Assembly: GCA_964016885.1 (NCBI GenBank)
Contig: OZ024743.1
Span: 73,346,001-73,410,000 of the forward strand
Direction: 5' to 3'
Length of the DNA: 64,000 nt
Origin: Eledone cirrhosa
Taxonomy: Eukaryota
Shown here: piece after piece, positions 28,186 to 40,800 of the stretch
Layout of the letters: the number at the start of each line of letters is the position of its first letter
Numbering within the stretch: the first letter of the stretch is position 1
Program-made: the position numbers and the translations under genes
Notes under the pieces: model-generated
The model's database searches: none
What the model was told of the DNA's origin: nothing
The model's input: the letters and a program-made list of their open reading frames with translations, nothing else

Positions 28186-28794
28186 AAATATATACATATG
28201 TATATATATATTATAAATATATATATATATATTATATATATGTCAATATATACTTATATATATGTATATATATATATATATATTATAAATATATATATAT
28301 ATTATATATATGTAAATATATACTTATATATATGTATGTATATATATATATATATTATAAATATATATATATATTATATATATATATGTAAATATATACT
28401 TATATATATGTATATATATATATATATATACAACGTTTTTAGGTATATGTGTATGTCTGATTTTTTTGCACATATTTTTGCACATTTTTTCGTCTGCATT
28501 TAACCTTTCGTATGGATAAACAAAAACTTAGTTAAGTATTCTGGATCTGAGAAGAGAAAAATTAGTGTCAAAACCAATAAATATGTACTGACACGATACC
28601 AAAAATGAAATTCAGAGTATTCATACTAAACTCATTCAACCAATTTAATCTTCCCTCCGTAAAAAGAATGATATTCATCTTGACGTGAATTCAACTTGGC
28701 TTCGAAAGGAATAACAAGTAAAATACGATATATTCATACAAACCTACATCTCTCTTACTTTCTCCTTCTATCGCCATCTATATCCATGTCAATG

Positions 28795-28853
<59 letters not shown>

Positions 28854-28895
28854 ATATAATTATATTTACATATATATTTATATGTATACATGTAT

Positions 28896-28999
<104 letters not shown>

Positions 29000-29014
29000 G
29001 GAGAGAGATCAATA

Positions 29015-29055
<41 letters not shown>

Positions 29056-29944
29056 GAAGAGAGAGAGAGGGGAGAAAGAGACAGTAAGATAAAAAGACAT
29101 TTACACGTATACCCAAATATTTGCACACACTCATACCTGTTTTTTAATGTATTTTGATCTTGGTTTGGTTTGATGATGTTTTTGTTTTTTTTTATAATCA
29201 TATACTAGGAATGTATACAAAGGTAATATTGTATGAGTACTTGATGAAGATCTCAAGTTTGTTTTTATCTTTGCTGCAAGTATGGCAGATCGAATACTTA
29301 CACATCTCTTCAGAGAAAAATATTCTAACATTTTGAAAGAATTTTGAAGTTGGTGAGGAAACGAATACAAAAATAAAAATGAAAGTTTAAAAAACATTTC
29401 TTAGACTGCCTCAATTCATCATCTGTTCAATTTCTATTTAATTTGATCTCTGTAGCTTGAATTACGTCACAGAAAATATATACTGAGATATTTTTAGATT
29501 TTCTTCAAAAATAATTTCTGCTTAAGTTGAATTTATACAAAATCATGTTAAGTGACGTCAGTGGACAGTAATGGGAGATAATTGACAATCGCTCAGAAGC
29601 TTATTCGTCTTACACAAAGATATTGATATATATACCATTCATTTACATAGCTAACAGTATAGGCAGAGAATTGTATGCATAAATATTGGCGTGTTTATCT
29701 ATTTCATATTTTCTCCTTTCTGATATATATACACCACAGTAGCCAGCTCATCGGGTCATGCTATCTTCAGTAGCAATGTCCAGCATTATACTGTGGGAAA
29801 ATAGTGTCATAAGACCGGACTTAGCTATAACATGTATCTAGTCACGGACGATTGCAGAATTCTTGAAAGAAAATATATATAACTACAACTTAACAGCCAA
29901 CCTTGTTGCAAATGAGTACCATGATAAAGAAAGGTTTATGTCTA

Positions 29945-30390
29945 TCTTCTTTTCTTTTTCTTCTTCGTCCACTTATTCCTGGGAGGGTCGTGTCCCAACA
30001 GAAGCACACGTCTCCAACTGATCCGGCAGGATCCCCAAGCGAGACCAGACAAGCTCATGGATGTTATCCAACCATCTTGCTTGGGGTGTCCCCTGAGTCT
30101 CCTGCCGATTGGTTTTCCCTGTAAAATCTGTCCTGAGATACTTTCCTGAGATGTTCTAACCACATACACATTGTATTTGAGCTATGATCTCTCAATTCAG
30201 AGAAGTAGCGACTTTACCTGGAGTAACTCTCTGATCTCCGAGCTACGTACTCTATCGTGTAACGTTACTCCAAAGACCCTTCAGAGGAACCCCATTTCGG
30301 CAGCTTGTGTTTCCAATCGTATTCTTTCGGTCATTACCTAAGATTCATGTTTATTGGTAAGGGCTGGCACGAATACCGAATTGAATATTG
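29945..30390 (-). mobile_element. RTE/Expander-type LINE 3' end, same family as 25125
   Basis: Reverse-complement similarity to 25125-25560; purine tail. Confidence 0.7.
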
Positions 30391-30931
30391 CGAGGTTCAC
30401 AGCTGTGACTGTTCAATAGAAATTATCATTAGCATGTAAAGCTGGTCTGAAATATAATTAGATAAATCCTAGGCCGGAACGAAATGACACTATTGCTTTT
30501 ATAAGGTCAGCAAGTAATCACATTTGTATAACGTAGATAATATATTACTTGTATTAGTTCACATTTTAACAGCAAGCCGTTCAATTACGAAAGCATAAGT
30601 AACTACATCCTTTTAAGCCAGTCCAATGCACGTGTCCTCAAATTTTACATTCAGTCTCTTCCCAAGCTATAACCATTCTAAAAATGTATCCGTCCTATAT
30701 GTTTCAAAACGAACTCGTTATTATCATTTCCAAAACGAAATGAGCGATCACTTCCTCTATAACCGGAAACTACTCATCTAATTATTCGAACATGATTGCG
30801 CATCTTAATTTCTAAATTCTATAGCATTGCATTGAACAGCGACCTTCTCTTCAGGAAGACAAATATCATAAGTTATATGATATGATTGCATGAATTAGAA
30901 GATGTATACACACACACACACACACGCACGC

Positions 30932-31049
<118 letters not shown>

Positions 31050-31401
31050 TTATATATATATATATATGTGTGTGTGTGTGCGTGTGTGTGTGTGCGTGTG
31101 TGTGTGTATATGTGTGTGTGTGTGCAAGTAGCCTGATATGCTTTATGAATGGTAATTCACAGTTATTTTTTCTTCTACAGCCATATTCACCACAACTACG
31201 TGAACAAGCTTACCTAAATCAATCCAATACTTCTGGTACAATGTCATATATACACTCAGGTAGTATTTCAGATCAAAAGTCACAATTAGAAATAATAATT
31301 ACATTTCATGGGGTATTTTATAAAATTTCCTATACTGATGTTGGTTTTATATTCTAAGAGAAGTACTGCATTACTTAAAAGTAGTTTAATAATCAAATAT
31401 G

Positions 31402-31534
<133 letters not shown>

Positions 31535-31579
31535 CTATCTATCTTTCTATCTCTCTATCTCTCTATCTCTCTATCTCTC

Positions 31580-31614
<35 letters not shown>

Positions 31615-31739
31615 GAAAAGAGTCAGGACCACGATGGGTGAGCTCCGGCCGTTTCGACAGCTCAGCCGTCGGGGTCCTGACTCTTTTCCTATTAACCACT
31701 CTACTACCCTAATTATTGAGTACTCTGGTGCGTATATAA

Positions 31740-31769
<30 letters not shown>

Positions 31770-31776
<7 letters not shown>

Positions 31777-32037
31777 GTGAGTTTTTTTTTACAAAATGAA
31801 AAATAACCGAGGTGTCCTACACGAGTGGAAGTATAAAGAAAAAGGGATGAAATCGAAAATGCAACTGAAGTCTTATTTTTTTTAAAATATATATATTTAT
31901 TTGGTTCCTTTACCGGTTTCGCAGTTCTTCTGCTTTTCAAAAGGTGAGTTGAGATGGAGGGTCTGTGGTTTTTCTCACATCTGGTTGGTCTCTAAATGTT
32001 ACTTGTTTTATATGGAAAAACTGGCTCGAAAACCAGG

Positions 32038-32042
<5 letters not shown>
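31770..32042 (-). mobile_element. PLE-terminus-like repeat with a variant HHR core (other copies at 48060-48520 and 57017-57560)
   Basis: Three homologous copies next to (TA)n; cctt-TTGAAAA-gcag aagaa ctgc-GAAA-ccgg-TA-aagg at 31907-31944. Confidence 0.55.
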
Positions 32043-32088
<46 letters not shown>

Positions 32089-32095
<7 letters not shown>

Positions 32096-34417
32096 CAAAT
32101 AACGAAACGAAATTAAATTTCGTTTCGTTTGTAACTCACTTTTGTATGACTGACGCTTAAACAATTAAGTTAAAAATGTACATCCACATATGTATACTGA
32201 AATACTAGTATGCATATGAATACACACACGTATACATATGTAGATGTACCGAGTTTTTCACTGGTCACTTTACTGTGAGTGTCCAGCTATTCTGTATGTA
32301 AACACACAGACAAACCGGTTTTTAGAGTCATACTGGTTTTTGAGGAAACACCTTTCCTCTATTCTCCAGAAAGCCAGACAAGGAATATTGAACTAGTTTC
32401 GATGTTGTTACATCTCATCAGCAATATTTACCTATCTTCCGGCCTCTCTAGAGAATCGTAAAAGCACATATCGTTATATGCTTTTTCTATGAAAATTAGT
32501 AGTGGGCAGACTAATTTGCATAGAGCGTGAGTGCGTACCGGTTCAACGGAGACGATAAAAACAAATAACGAAACGAAATTAAATTTCGTTTCGTTTGTAA
32601 CTCACTTTTGTATGACTGACGCTTAAACAATTAAGTTAAAAATGTACATCCACATATGTATACTGAAATACTAGTATGCATATGAATACACACACGTATA
32701 CATATGTAGATGTACCGAGTTTTTCACTGGTCACTTTACTGTGAGTGTCCAGCTATTCTGTATGTAAACACACAGACAAACCGGTTTTTAGAGTCATACT
32801 GGTTTTTGAGGAAACACCTTTCCTCTATTCTCCAGAAAGCCAGACAAGGAATATTGAACTAGTTTCGATGTTGTTACATCTCATCAGCAATATTTACCTA
32901 TCTTCCGGCCTCTCTAGAGAATCGTAAAAGCACATATCGTTATATGCTTTTTCTATGAAAATTAGTAGTGGGCAGACTAATTTGCATAGAGCGTGAGTGC
33001 GTACCGGTTCAACTTAATTGTTTAAGCGTCAGTCATACAAAAGTGAGTTACAAACGAAACGAAATTTAATTTCGTTTCGTTATTTGTTTTTATCGTCTCC
33101 GTTGAACCGGTACGCACTCACGCTCTATGCAAATTAGTCTGCCCACTACTAATTTTCATAGAAAAAGCATATAACGATATGTGCTTTTACGATTCTCTAG
33201 AGAGGCCGGAAGATAGGTAAATATTGCTGATGAGATGTAACAACATCGAAACTAGTTCAATATTCCTTGTCTGGCTTTCTGGAGAATAGAGGAAAGGTGT
33301 TTCCTCAAAAACCAGTATGACTCTAAAAACCGGTTTGTCTGTGTGTTTACATACAGAATAGCTGGACACTCACAGTAAAGTGACCAGTGAAAAACTCGGT
33401 ACATCTACATATGTATACGTGTGTGTATTCATATGCATACTAGTATTTCAGTATACATATGTGGATGTACATTTTTAACTTAATTGTTTAAGCGTCAGTC
33501 ATACAAAAGTGAGTTACAAACGAAACGAAATTTAATTTCGTTTCGTTATTTGTTTTTATCGTCTCCGTTGAACCGGTACGCACTCACGCTCTATGCAAAT
33601 TAGTCTGCCCACTACTAATTTTCATAGAAAAAGCATATAACGATATGTGCTTTTACGATTCTCTAGAGAGGCCGGAAGATAGGTAAATATTGCTGATGAG
33701 ATGTAACAACATCGAAACTAGTTCAATATTCCTTGTCTGGCTTTCTGGAGAATAGAGGAAAGGTGTTTCCTCAAAAACCAGTATGACTCTAAAAACCGGT
33801 TTGTCTGTGTGTTTACATACAGAATAGCTGGACACTCACAGTAAAGTGACCAGTGAAAAACTCGGTACATCTACATATGTATACGTGTGTGTATTCATAT
33901 GCATACTAGTATTTCAGTATACATATGTGGATGTACATTTTTAACTTAATTGTTTAAGCGTCAGTCATACAAAAGTGAGTTACAAACGAAACGAAATTTA
34001 ATTTCGTTTCGTTATTTGTTTTTATCGTCTCCGTTGAACCGGTACGCACTCACGCTCTATGCAAATTAGTCTGCCCACTACTAATTTTCATAGAAAAAGC
34101 ATATAACGATATGTGCTTTTACGATTCTCTAGAGAGGCCGGAAGATAGGTAAATATTGCTGATGAGATGTAACAACATCGAAACTAGTTCAATATTCCTT
34201 GTCTGGCTTTCTGGAGAATAGAGGAAAGGTGTTTCCTCAAAAACCAGTATGACTCTAAAAACCGGTTTGTCTGTGTGTTTACATACAGAATAGCTGGACA
34301 CTCACAGTAAAGTGACCAGTGAAAAACTCGGTACATCTACATATGTATACGTGTGTGTATTCATATGCATACTAGTATTTCAGTATACATATGTGGATGT
34401 ACATTTTTAACTTAATT

Positions 34418-34422
<5 letters not shown>
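32089..34422. mobile_element. Retrozyme-like tandem array A: 466-bp unit, ~2 units (HHR on -) plus ~3 inverted units (HHR on +)
   Basis: 466-bp periodicity with no differences seen; inversion junction at 33011-33013 (aac microhomology); (TA)n on both sides; one HHR per unit. Confidence 0.88.
33220..33264 (+). ncRNA. Type I HHR of array A (also 33686-33730 and 34152-34196 on +; 32384-32428 and 32850-32894 on -)
   Basis: aatattg-CTGATGA-gatgt aaca acatc-GAAA-ctag-TT-caatatt; palindromic minimal stem III ACTAGT. Confidence 0.9.
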
Positions 34423-34477
<55 letters not shown>

Positions 34478-34733
34478 CGGTTGTTGTTGTTTTCTATTTT
34501 TATGAGGATCTCAGTACGGATGTTTAACTCTCTGTTGTTGTTGTTGTTGTGAACCCTGATTAAGATGACTGTCGAGGCGTGTAATTTTAATGACGACTTA
34601 ATTTACCATATCTATTTCTACTGTAGTCTGACCTGGAGAGGCTCCTCCTGGGTTTAAAATTGCCGTAGAAACATCGTATGTCAATACAGCATCGTTATGA
34701 TTCTCTCAGGAGTTACGGGACCAAGCATCCACG

Positions 34734-34845
<112 letters not shown>

Positions 34846-34850
34846 ATATG

Positions 34851-35669
34851 CAGGGTGTCAAAGTCTCTTTACGATTTAAAAAAATTATTACAAAATCAAA
34901 TGAACAGACAAATATGTGAAAATTGTTACAAAACAAGGAGTAGATATTGAAGTATTTTTTAATTAATTTAATACACCTATATATGGGCACTATTAGTAGC
35001 ACGAAGATGGTACTCGATTCCTTGCCATGTTTACTGTAAAATAACCTCATCAATAGAGGCAATAGCATCAGTGATCTTTTGTTTTAGATCAGTGATCTCC
35101 CGTATCTTTGTTCGATGCACGATATCTTTAACATAAAGAAGTCCAAGGATGTCATATCTGGTGAACTAGGTGATCAGGGAATTGGGCCATCCCTTCCAAT
35201 CTACCACTCTAGAAATGTTCGAACATGCAGTCCCCAGTGTGGTGGTGCAGCATCTTGCTGGAAAATGATTGTTGGTTGAAGGTCATCTAGTTGTGGTGCA
35301 ACATATTCAGTCAAAAGGTCAAGGTTTGCAGTAATTGATGTCTCGTTGAAGAAAAATGGGCCAATGATTTGATTGCACATAATCCCACACCACATGATGG
35401 ATCCCTTCCATACGTACTACTGTAGTTTCGCTGAGTCTGCGTATCTGATTTTGTTTCAATAAACCATGACACACATTGTGCTATTTCTTAAGGAGTAGCC
35501 AATTTTTATGGGTTCGTTTAACAGTACCTCTTTCATCAACAGAATACCACAAATGCACAAATGCAGTTTGATTAAAAACTTTGCTGAGAACATGGAACAA
35601 ATCTGATATCTCATCAATTGCCTTTGTAATATATTTTTCAAATTGTAAAGAGACTTTATGAACACCCTG
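34851..35669 (-). mobile_element. Internally deleted Tc1/mariner (IS630-Tc1) DNA transposon
   Basis: TIRs cagggtgt..aaagtctctttac / gtaaagagacttt..acaccctg; WCGI..IIGPFFF..FQQDAAPPH; PSSPDMTSLDF. Confidence 0.85.
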
Positions 35670-36244
35670 TGCGTGTATGTGTGTGTGTGTGTGTGTCTGA
35701 GTAAGTATATGTGCGTGCCTGAGTAAGTGTGTGAGTGAGTGAGTATCCGTAAGTGGTTCACGACTGAAAGAAAAGAGTACTCAATACACATGTAGAGTTT
35801 TAATATTCATTTATTAAGGCTAAAAAGTGAGTCGTGTTACTCTAGAGTTTCGCCTGTTTATCACAGGTTCTGTACGAAACGGGCGAAACTCCAGAGTAAC
35901 AAAATTCACATTTTACCCTAAATAAAAATTAATTGAGTTCTATTATTAACAGGTGGAATAAGATATATATATATACACATGAATGTATGTATACTATATT
36001 TGGTAATATACTATATGTTTAATTAAAACATTTAGAAGACCATACGCTGTCAGTTTTAAAGTAGTGACTATATTACTTACTTCTTTTCGGCGAAAGAAGG
36101 GATAGAAACTGACAGTCTGTCTCACGCTGGTTGGCATTCATCAGAGCCACGTACTCCCCTGGTTTCGCCGAAAATTATAGAAGCTGGATTCTTATAGAAT
36201 TCCAGTAATAATCAGGAGCTGATTATACAGAGCGATTGCCGGTC

Positions 36245-36296
<52 letters not shown>

Positions 36297-36434
36297 ATGG
36301 AGGCGGTAAAAACCAGTTAAACCATTACTCACCATAGTACTCGATACTTGTAGTAGTAAAGTGGGTAATATGAAAAATAGCCCCTACGGCTGAGCTCCGG
36401 CAGTTTCAAAAGCCAGATCCGGCCGGAGCTAAGA

Positions 36435-36502
<68 letters not shown>

Positions 36503-36550
36503 TAATATGGAAACCGAAGAATCAGTGATACATCGGAACACAATTTATTG

Positions 36551-36641
36551 CGTATTACAATTGTTTCTCCGGCGAACAGCTCGAGGTGCGTTCTGTTTGT
36601 GGATGGAGCCTGACTCTGGATTCGCAAGTTCCTCAGATACG
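36551..36641 (-). ncRNA. Type I HHR motif with an extended stem II, in a short TA-flanked insert
   Basis: cgtat-CTGAGGA-(~62 nt; gcgaa/ttcgc and gctc/gagc pairings)-GAAA-caattg-TA-atacg. Confidence 0.55.
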
Positions 36642-36675
36642 TCTAGTGATTTCGAAGCAAATTCTCTTTCTCTTC

Positions 36676-36747
<72 letters not shown>

Positions 36748-36854
36748 TTTCTCTACATTCGATATATATAGCGTTAACCTAATATATCCCTTCCATGTAC
36801 TGTACCGATTGTGTTGTTATTTCTGTTTACCTTTTATATATATATATGTATATA

Positions 36855-36967
<113 letters not shown>

Positions 36968-37119
36968 GAGCTGTTATTTTTATATTTTTATTCTCTTTCT
37001 CTTTCTAACATTCCCTCGACCCTCCGTAATCTCTTCTATTCACTCTTTCTTTACGCTCTTTACCTTTCTCCTTCTCTCCTCTCTCATGTTGTAGTGCATA
37101 CTTTTACATAAATATGGTG

Positions 37120-37170
<51 letters not shown>

Positions 37171-37224
37171 ACGTGTGTGTGTATGTATATGTATAGATGT
37201 ATTTGTATATATATATAGATATAT

Positions 37225-37255
<31 letters not shown>

Positions 37256-37279
37256 CATACATGCATATATATATATATA

Positions 37280-37319
<40 letters not shown>

Positions 37320-37893
37320 GGCGATGAATTAGTTTTGCGAGGTTTTTTATATGAAATTGTGTGTCGAAACAGATATTGTTATATTTGGGGAGGGTCATAT
37401 TTGCGTAATATTGCCAGAATTAATAACAGAACACACTCACTGTTTGGTTGGTTTTCGCTTCTCGCTGTCTTTTATATATATATATCTGCGATCTAACTTA
37501 CTCGGTCCTCAATGTTGCCATTGACTGACCGGCGGTCAAAAATAATACAGATACAATATAGACAAACACATATATATATAGTTTACATAAATCTTTCGTT
37601 GCACATCTGCAACATCGTCAGTGGTGTTATATTCATTGTTCCTCCTGTTGTGTTGTATGTCTACGCCATTTTTTTTGTTCAGTCTGTCTATATATTTATT
37701 TATTTATTTGCTTGTTTGTTTATCTTATTTTATTTTGTCTTCTTTGCGCATGCGTTTGCGTGTGTGTATAGTGTTATGTGTGATGTGTGACTAGTGTGTA
37801 TAGTGTTGTGTCTGCTGGGTGACTAGTGTGTGTTTATGTGCTTGTGTATGTATTTATTTATCTTATTTTATTTAATTTAATTTACTTATTTAT

Positions 37894-40800
37894 TTATACT
37901 TCTCTTAGGTCAGTGTTGTTTGTTTGGGTGTTGTTGTTGTTCCACTCATTCTTTCTGTTTAGCTTTGGTCTTCTAATTTCTATTTCACTGGCCTCTCTGA
38001 TTTGCCTATCTGCTGGGTCATTCCTATGTTTAGATATTATTCTAATTTCTATGTTGTCTATGTTACCGTCATGATGTTGTCTAGCATGTTCGTATAGTAC
38101 TGACCCGTTTTTTCGTCCTTTTAGTTCCCCCCAGTGTTGGTCTATCCTTTCACCTATGCTACGAGCTGTCTCACCTATGTATGTTGTTGTCGTGTTTCTG
38201 CAAGTACCCTCTGTACATCTTATGCTATAGACTACGTTTCTAGTTTTACAGTTTATCCGGGGGTTCACCTTACATATGATACATTTCCTATTGGTACAGT
38301 GGGTTTTCTTAAAAGGGTAGGTTTTGCTGATCAGGGATTTTATGGTGGTTCCTGGCTTTTCTACCACCTTTATTTTTAAGTGGGTCTTTCTCAGGGCCTT
38401 TCTACACTGGTTAGCTAATTTCCCTCCAGGGGTGGCGTCCACAAACATGACACTCTGATATCTCTGGTTGTCGTACCATGATGTGGCCTTCCCTATCTTA
38501 TGTCTAGCCCTATCTAAGCTATTCCATGATTTGCTCCTGTATAGTGGGCAAATTCCTTTCATGTCCAGTTCTATGAGGGTCTTATACTTTTCTATGGCTC
38601 CTTCGTATACTCTGACTCTGTCTCTTTGGTTGTAGCCAGAGAACTGCATGCAGTTGATGAAGTGTTGGATGTGTCCTTCCATTTCTGTTGGGTCGCACAT
38701 GCTGGACACATTCTTCATCACTCGTACCAAATCTGCGATCAGAATATTAAACTTAGCACTACTGGACATTGCTGAGTTTTTGAGTATCAGGTATTTGGAG
38801 GCCATGGGTTTCGCATAGTGTGAGTGGAGAATTTGGGCTCTCTCGTCTATAGTGTTAATCCAGAGTTCTGTGTCTAATACAGGTAGTCTATTGTTAGGGT
38901 GTTTGGAAGGGAAGTCTATAGTTACAGTTATACTCTGGTGTATGGAATTAGCTATCTGCTGGATGCTTTCCATCGTGCTACGTTCTAAATCAAACTTGCT
39001 AGTGCTCTCTAGTGGGGGTGTTCTTATAACTATATTGATATCGTCTACATAACGAGAGTACATGATGAGGTCTATGGAGCTTTCATTAAGGAGATCTTTA
39101 AGTCTCCTTTCCCACCATACCATGAAAAGGTTGGCAACATCGCCAGCTATGCTGACGCCGATGGCTGCTCCCTCATTTTGGGTGTAGATTTTCTCATTGA
39201 ACTTAAATATGTGGCTCTTTAGGGTAGTTTTGATACTAGCCCCTATTGCATGTGCGACCATTTTTCTTACCTGATCAGTGTTTTGGGGGGTCCGTATAGC
39301 TTTGGTCCACCCAATCCACCTTCCTATGGGAGTCTTTTTAGCCATTGAGGTTATGGTGGGGGGTCTACCTCTTATAGGTCTACTAGGGCAGAAACATCTA
39401 AGGTCATGGCTGTCTAGGTAGTCAGTGTCGTAGGTAAGTCTAAGTAGGAGGCCCAGTTCGTCTGTGTCGACGTCGCAGAACTCCACCTCACTCTCAATGA
39501 TCATCTCCACACATCTTTTCACAGCAAAATCAATGTTAATGGATGGGTACAGTGACACCACATCCATGCTGCCTATTATGCAGTTGGATAGGCTCCTGTT
39601 TTTGTTGCACTCACTGATTCTGCTGAGGAGGTCCTCTGTACTTTCACATACATCTGGGGACATCTTGATTATGGGGCGTATAACCATTGAGAGGAAGTAG
39701 GAGATCCTGTAGTTGCTAGCTATATTAGCTCCGCATACAGGTCTTGTTGGTGGTCCTGTTGTCGGGTCGTCGACTGTCTTGTGGTCTTTGCGGAGCCCAT
39801 ACAAGGGTGGTATGCCATTGTTAGACGCCTGGAAGTTGTTGGCAGTGCGTCTGCTTGGCTTTAGGATGTCAGTCCACATCATCATGTGAGCGTTGAGGAT
39901 TTTTTCTCTCCCATCGTGTGTTAGTTGTGCAACTTCGCTCGTGTTGGTGATGTGGGGTTGCATTGCCTCGATGTAGTTCGGCATGCTATCTATTGACATC
40001 CTACCAGACTTATCTGTGGGTAGACACACTACCTCACCATCCCTTGTGCGCTGCTTGAGGCTAACCAAGCCTTCTACAGGTTTTATCCCAAGTTGTTGGG
40101 CCTCTGGTCTGCTCTGTCTCATAGTGTACCTGTCTACTACTTGTCTAATCTTATTTCTAGCTATGGTGAACTGTGCCTCCGTCTCGTCATCTATTTGTTG
40201 TGGTATGCAAACTCTTTTATTAAAGGGTAACCTCGTAGGATAGATATTACCCATCTTATATGTTTTGTCAGCTGGGTTGAAAAATAGTTTCTCTAAGGGG
40301 TTGTCGTTATTTCTATCGTCATAGTTGTGTGTGTTGCTATTATTATTATCATGGTGGTTGTTGTTGTTTCTATCATTAGCATTAATATTATTATTGTTAT
40401 GATTGCTAGATGTATTGTTGTTTACTTCACCGTTATTGTTGTTGTTGTTACTGCTATTTCTACCATTGTGGTTGTTACTATTATTATGTTTCTTGTTTTT
40501 GTTGATGTTGCTACATGTACTATTTCCATTATTACCACTGGGGTTATTGTTGTTGTTGTTGTTCGTATTGTTACCGTTATTACTACTGTGGTCACTGTTG
40601 CTGTGTCTGTGGTTAACGTTTCTATTATTATTATTATTGTGGTTGTTGTTGTTCTGTCTATCGCTAGTATTATTACCATTATCACTATTTCTCACTTTCC
40701 TGCCATTGTTATGGTTATGGCTGTTATTTCTATACCCAGAGTTATTGTTTATATTACTACTACCGTTATTATTGTTGTTGTTGTTTACCTTTGCATTCCA

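Noticed and set aside
31181-31259. Possible host exon (pyrimidine tract + CAG ... CAG|GTAGTA)
   Set aside because: Weak donor, no recognisable protein similarity, no partner exons
33123-33200. Definite U6-type Pol III promoter
   Set aside because: No recognisable PSE, the motifs are also explained as hairpin arms, and T5-T7 runs would block multimeric Pol III transcripts; kept only as a hypothesis
32089-34422. CRISPR array or ordinary satellite
   Set aside because: No unique spacers or cas genes; eukaryotic context; defined TA-flanked inverted insertion with a ribozyme
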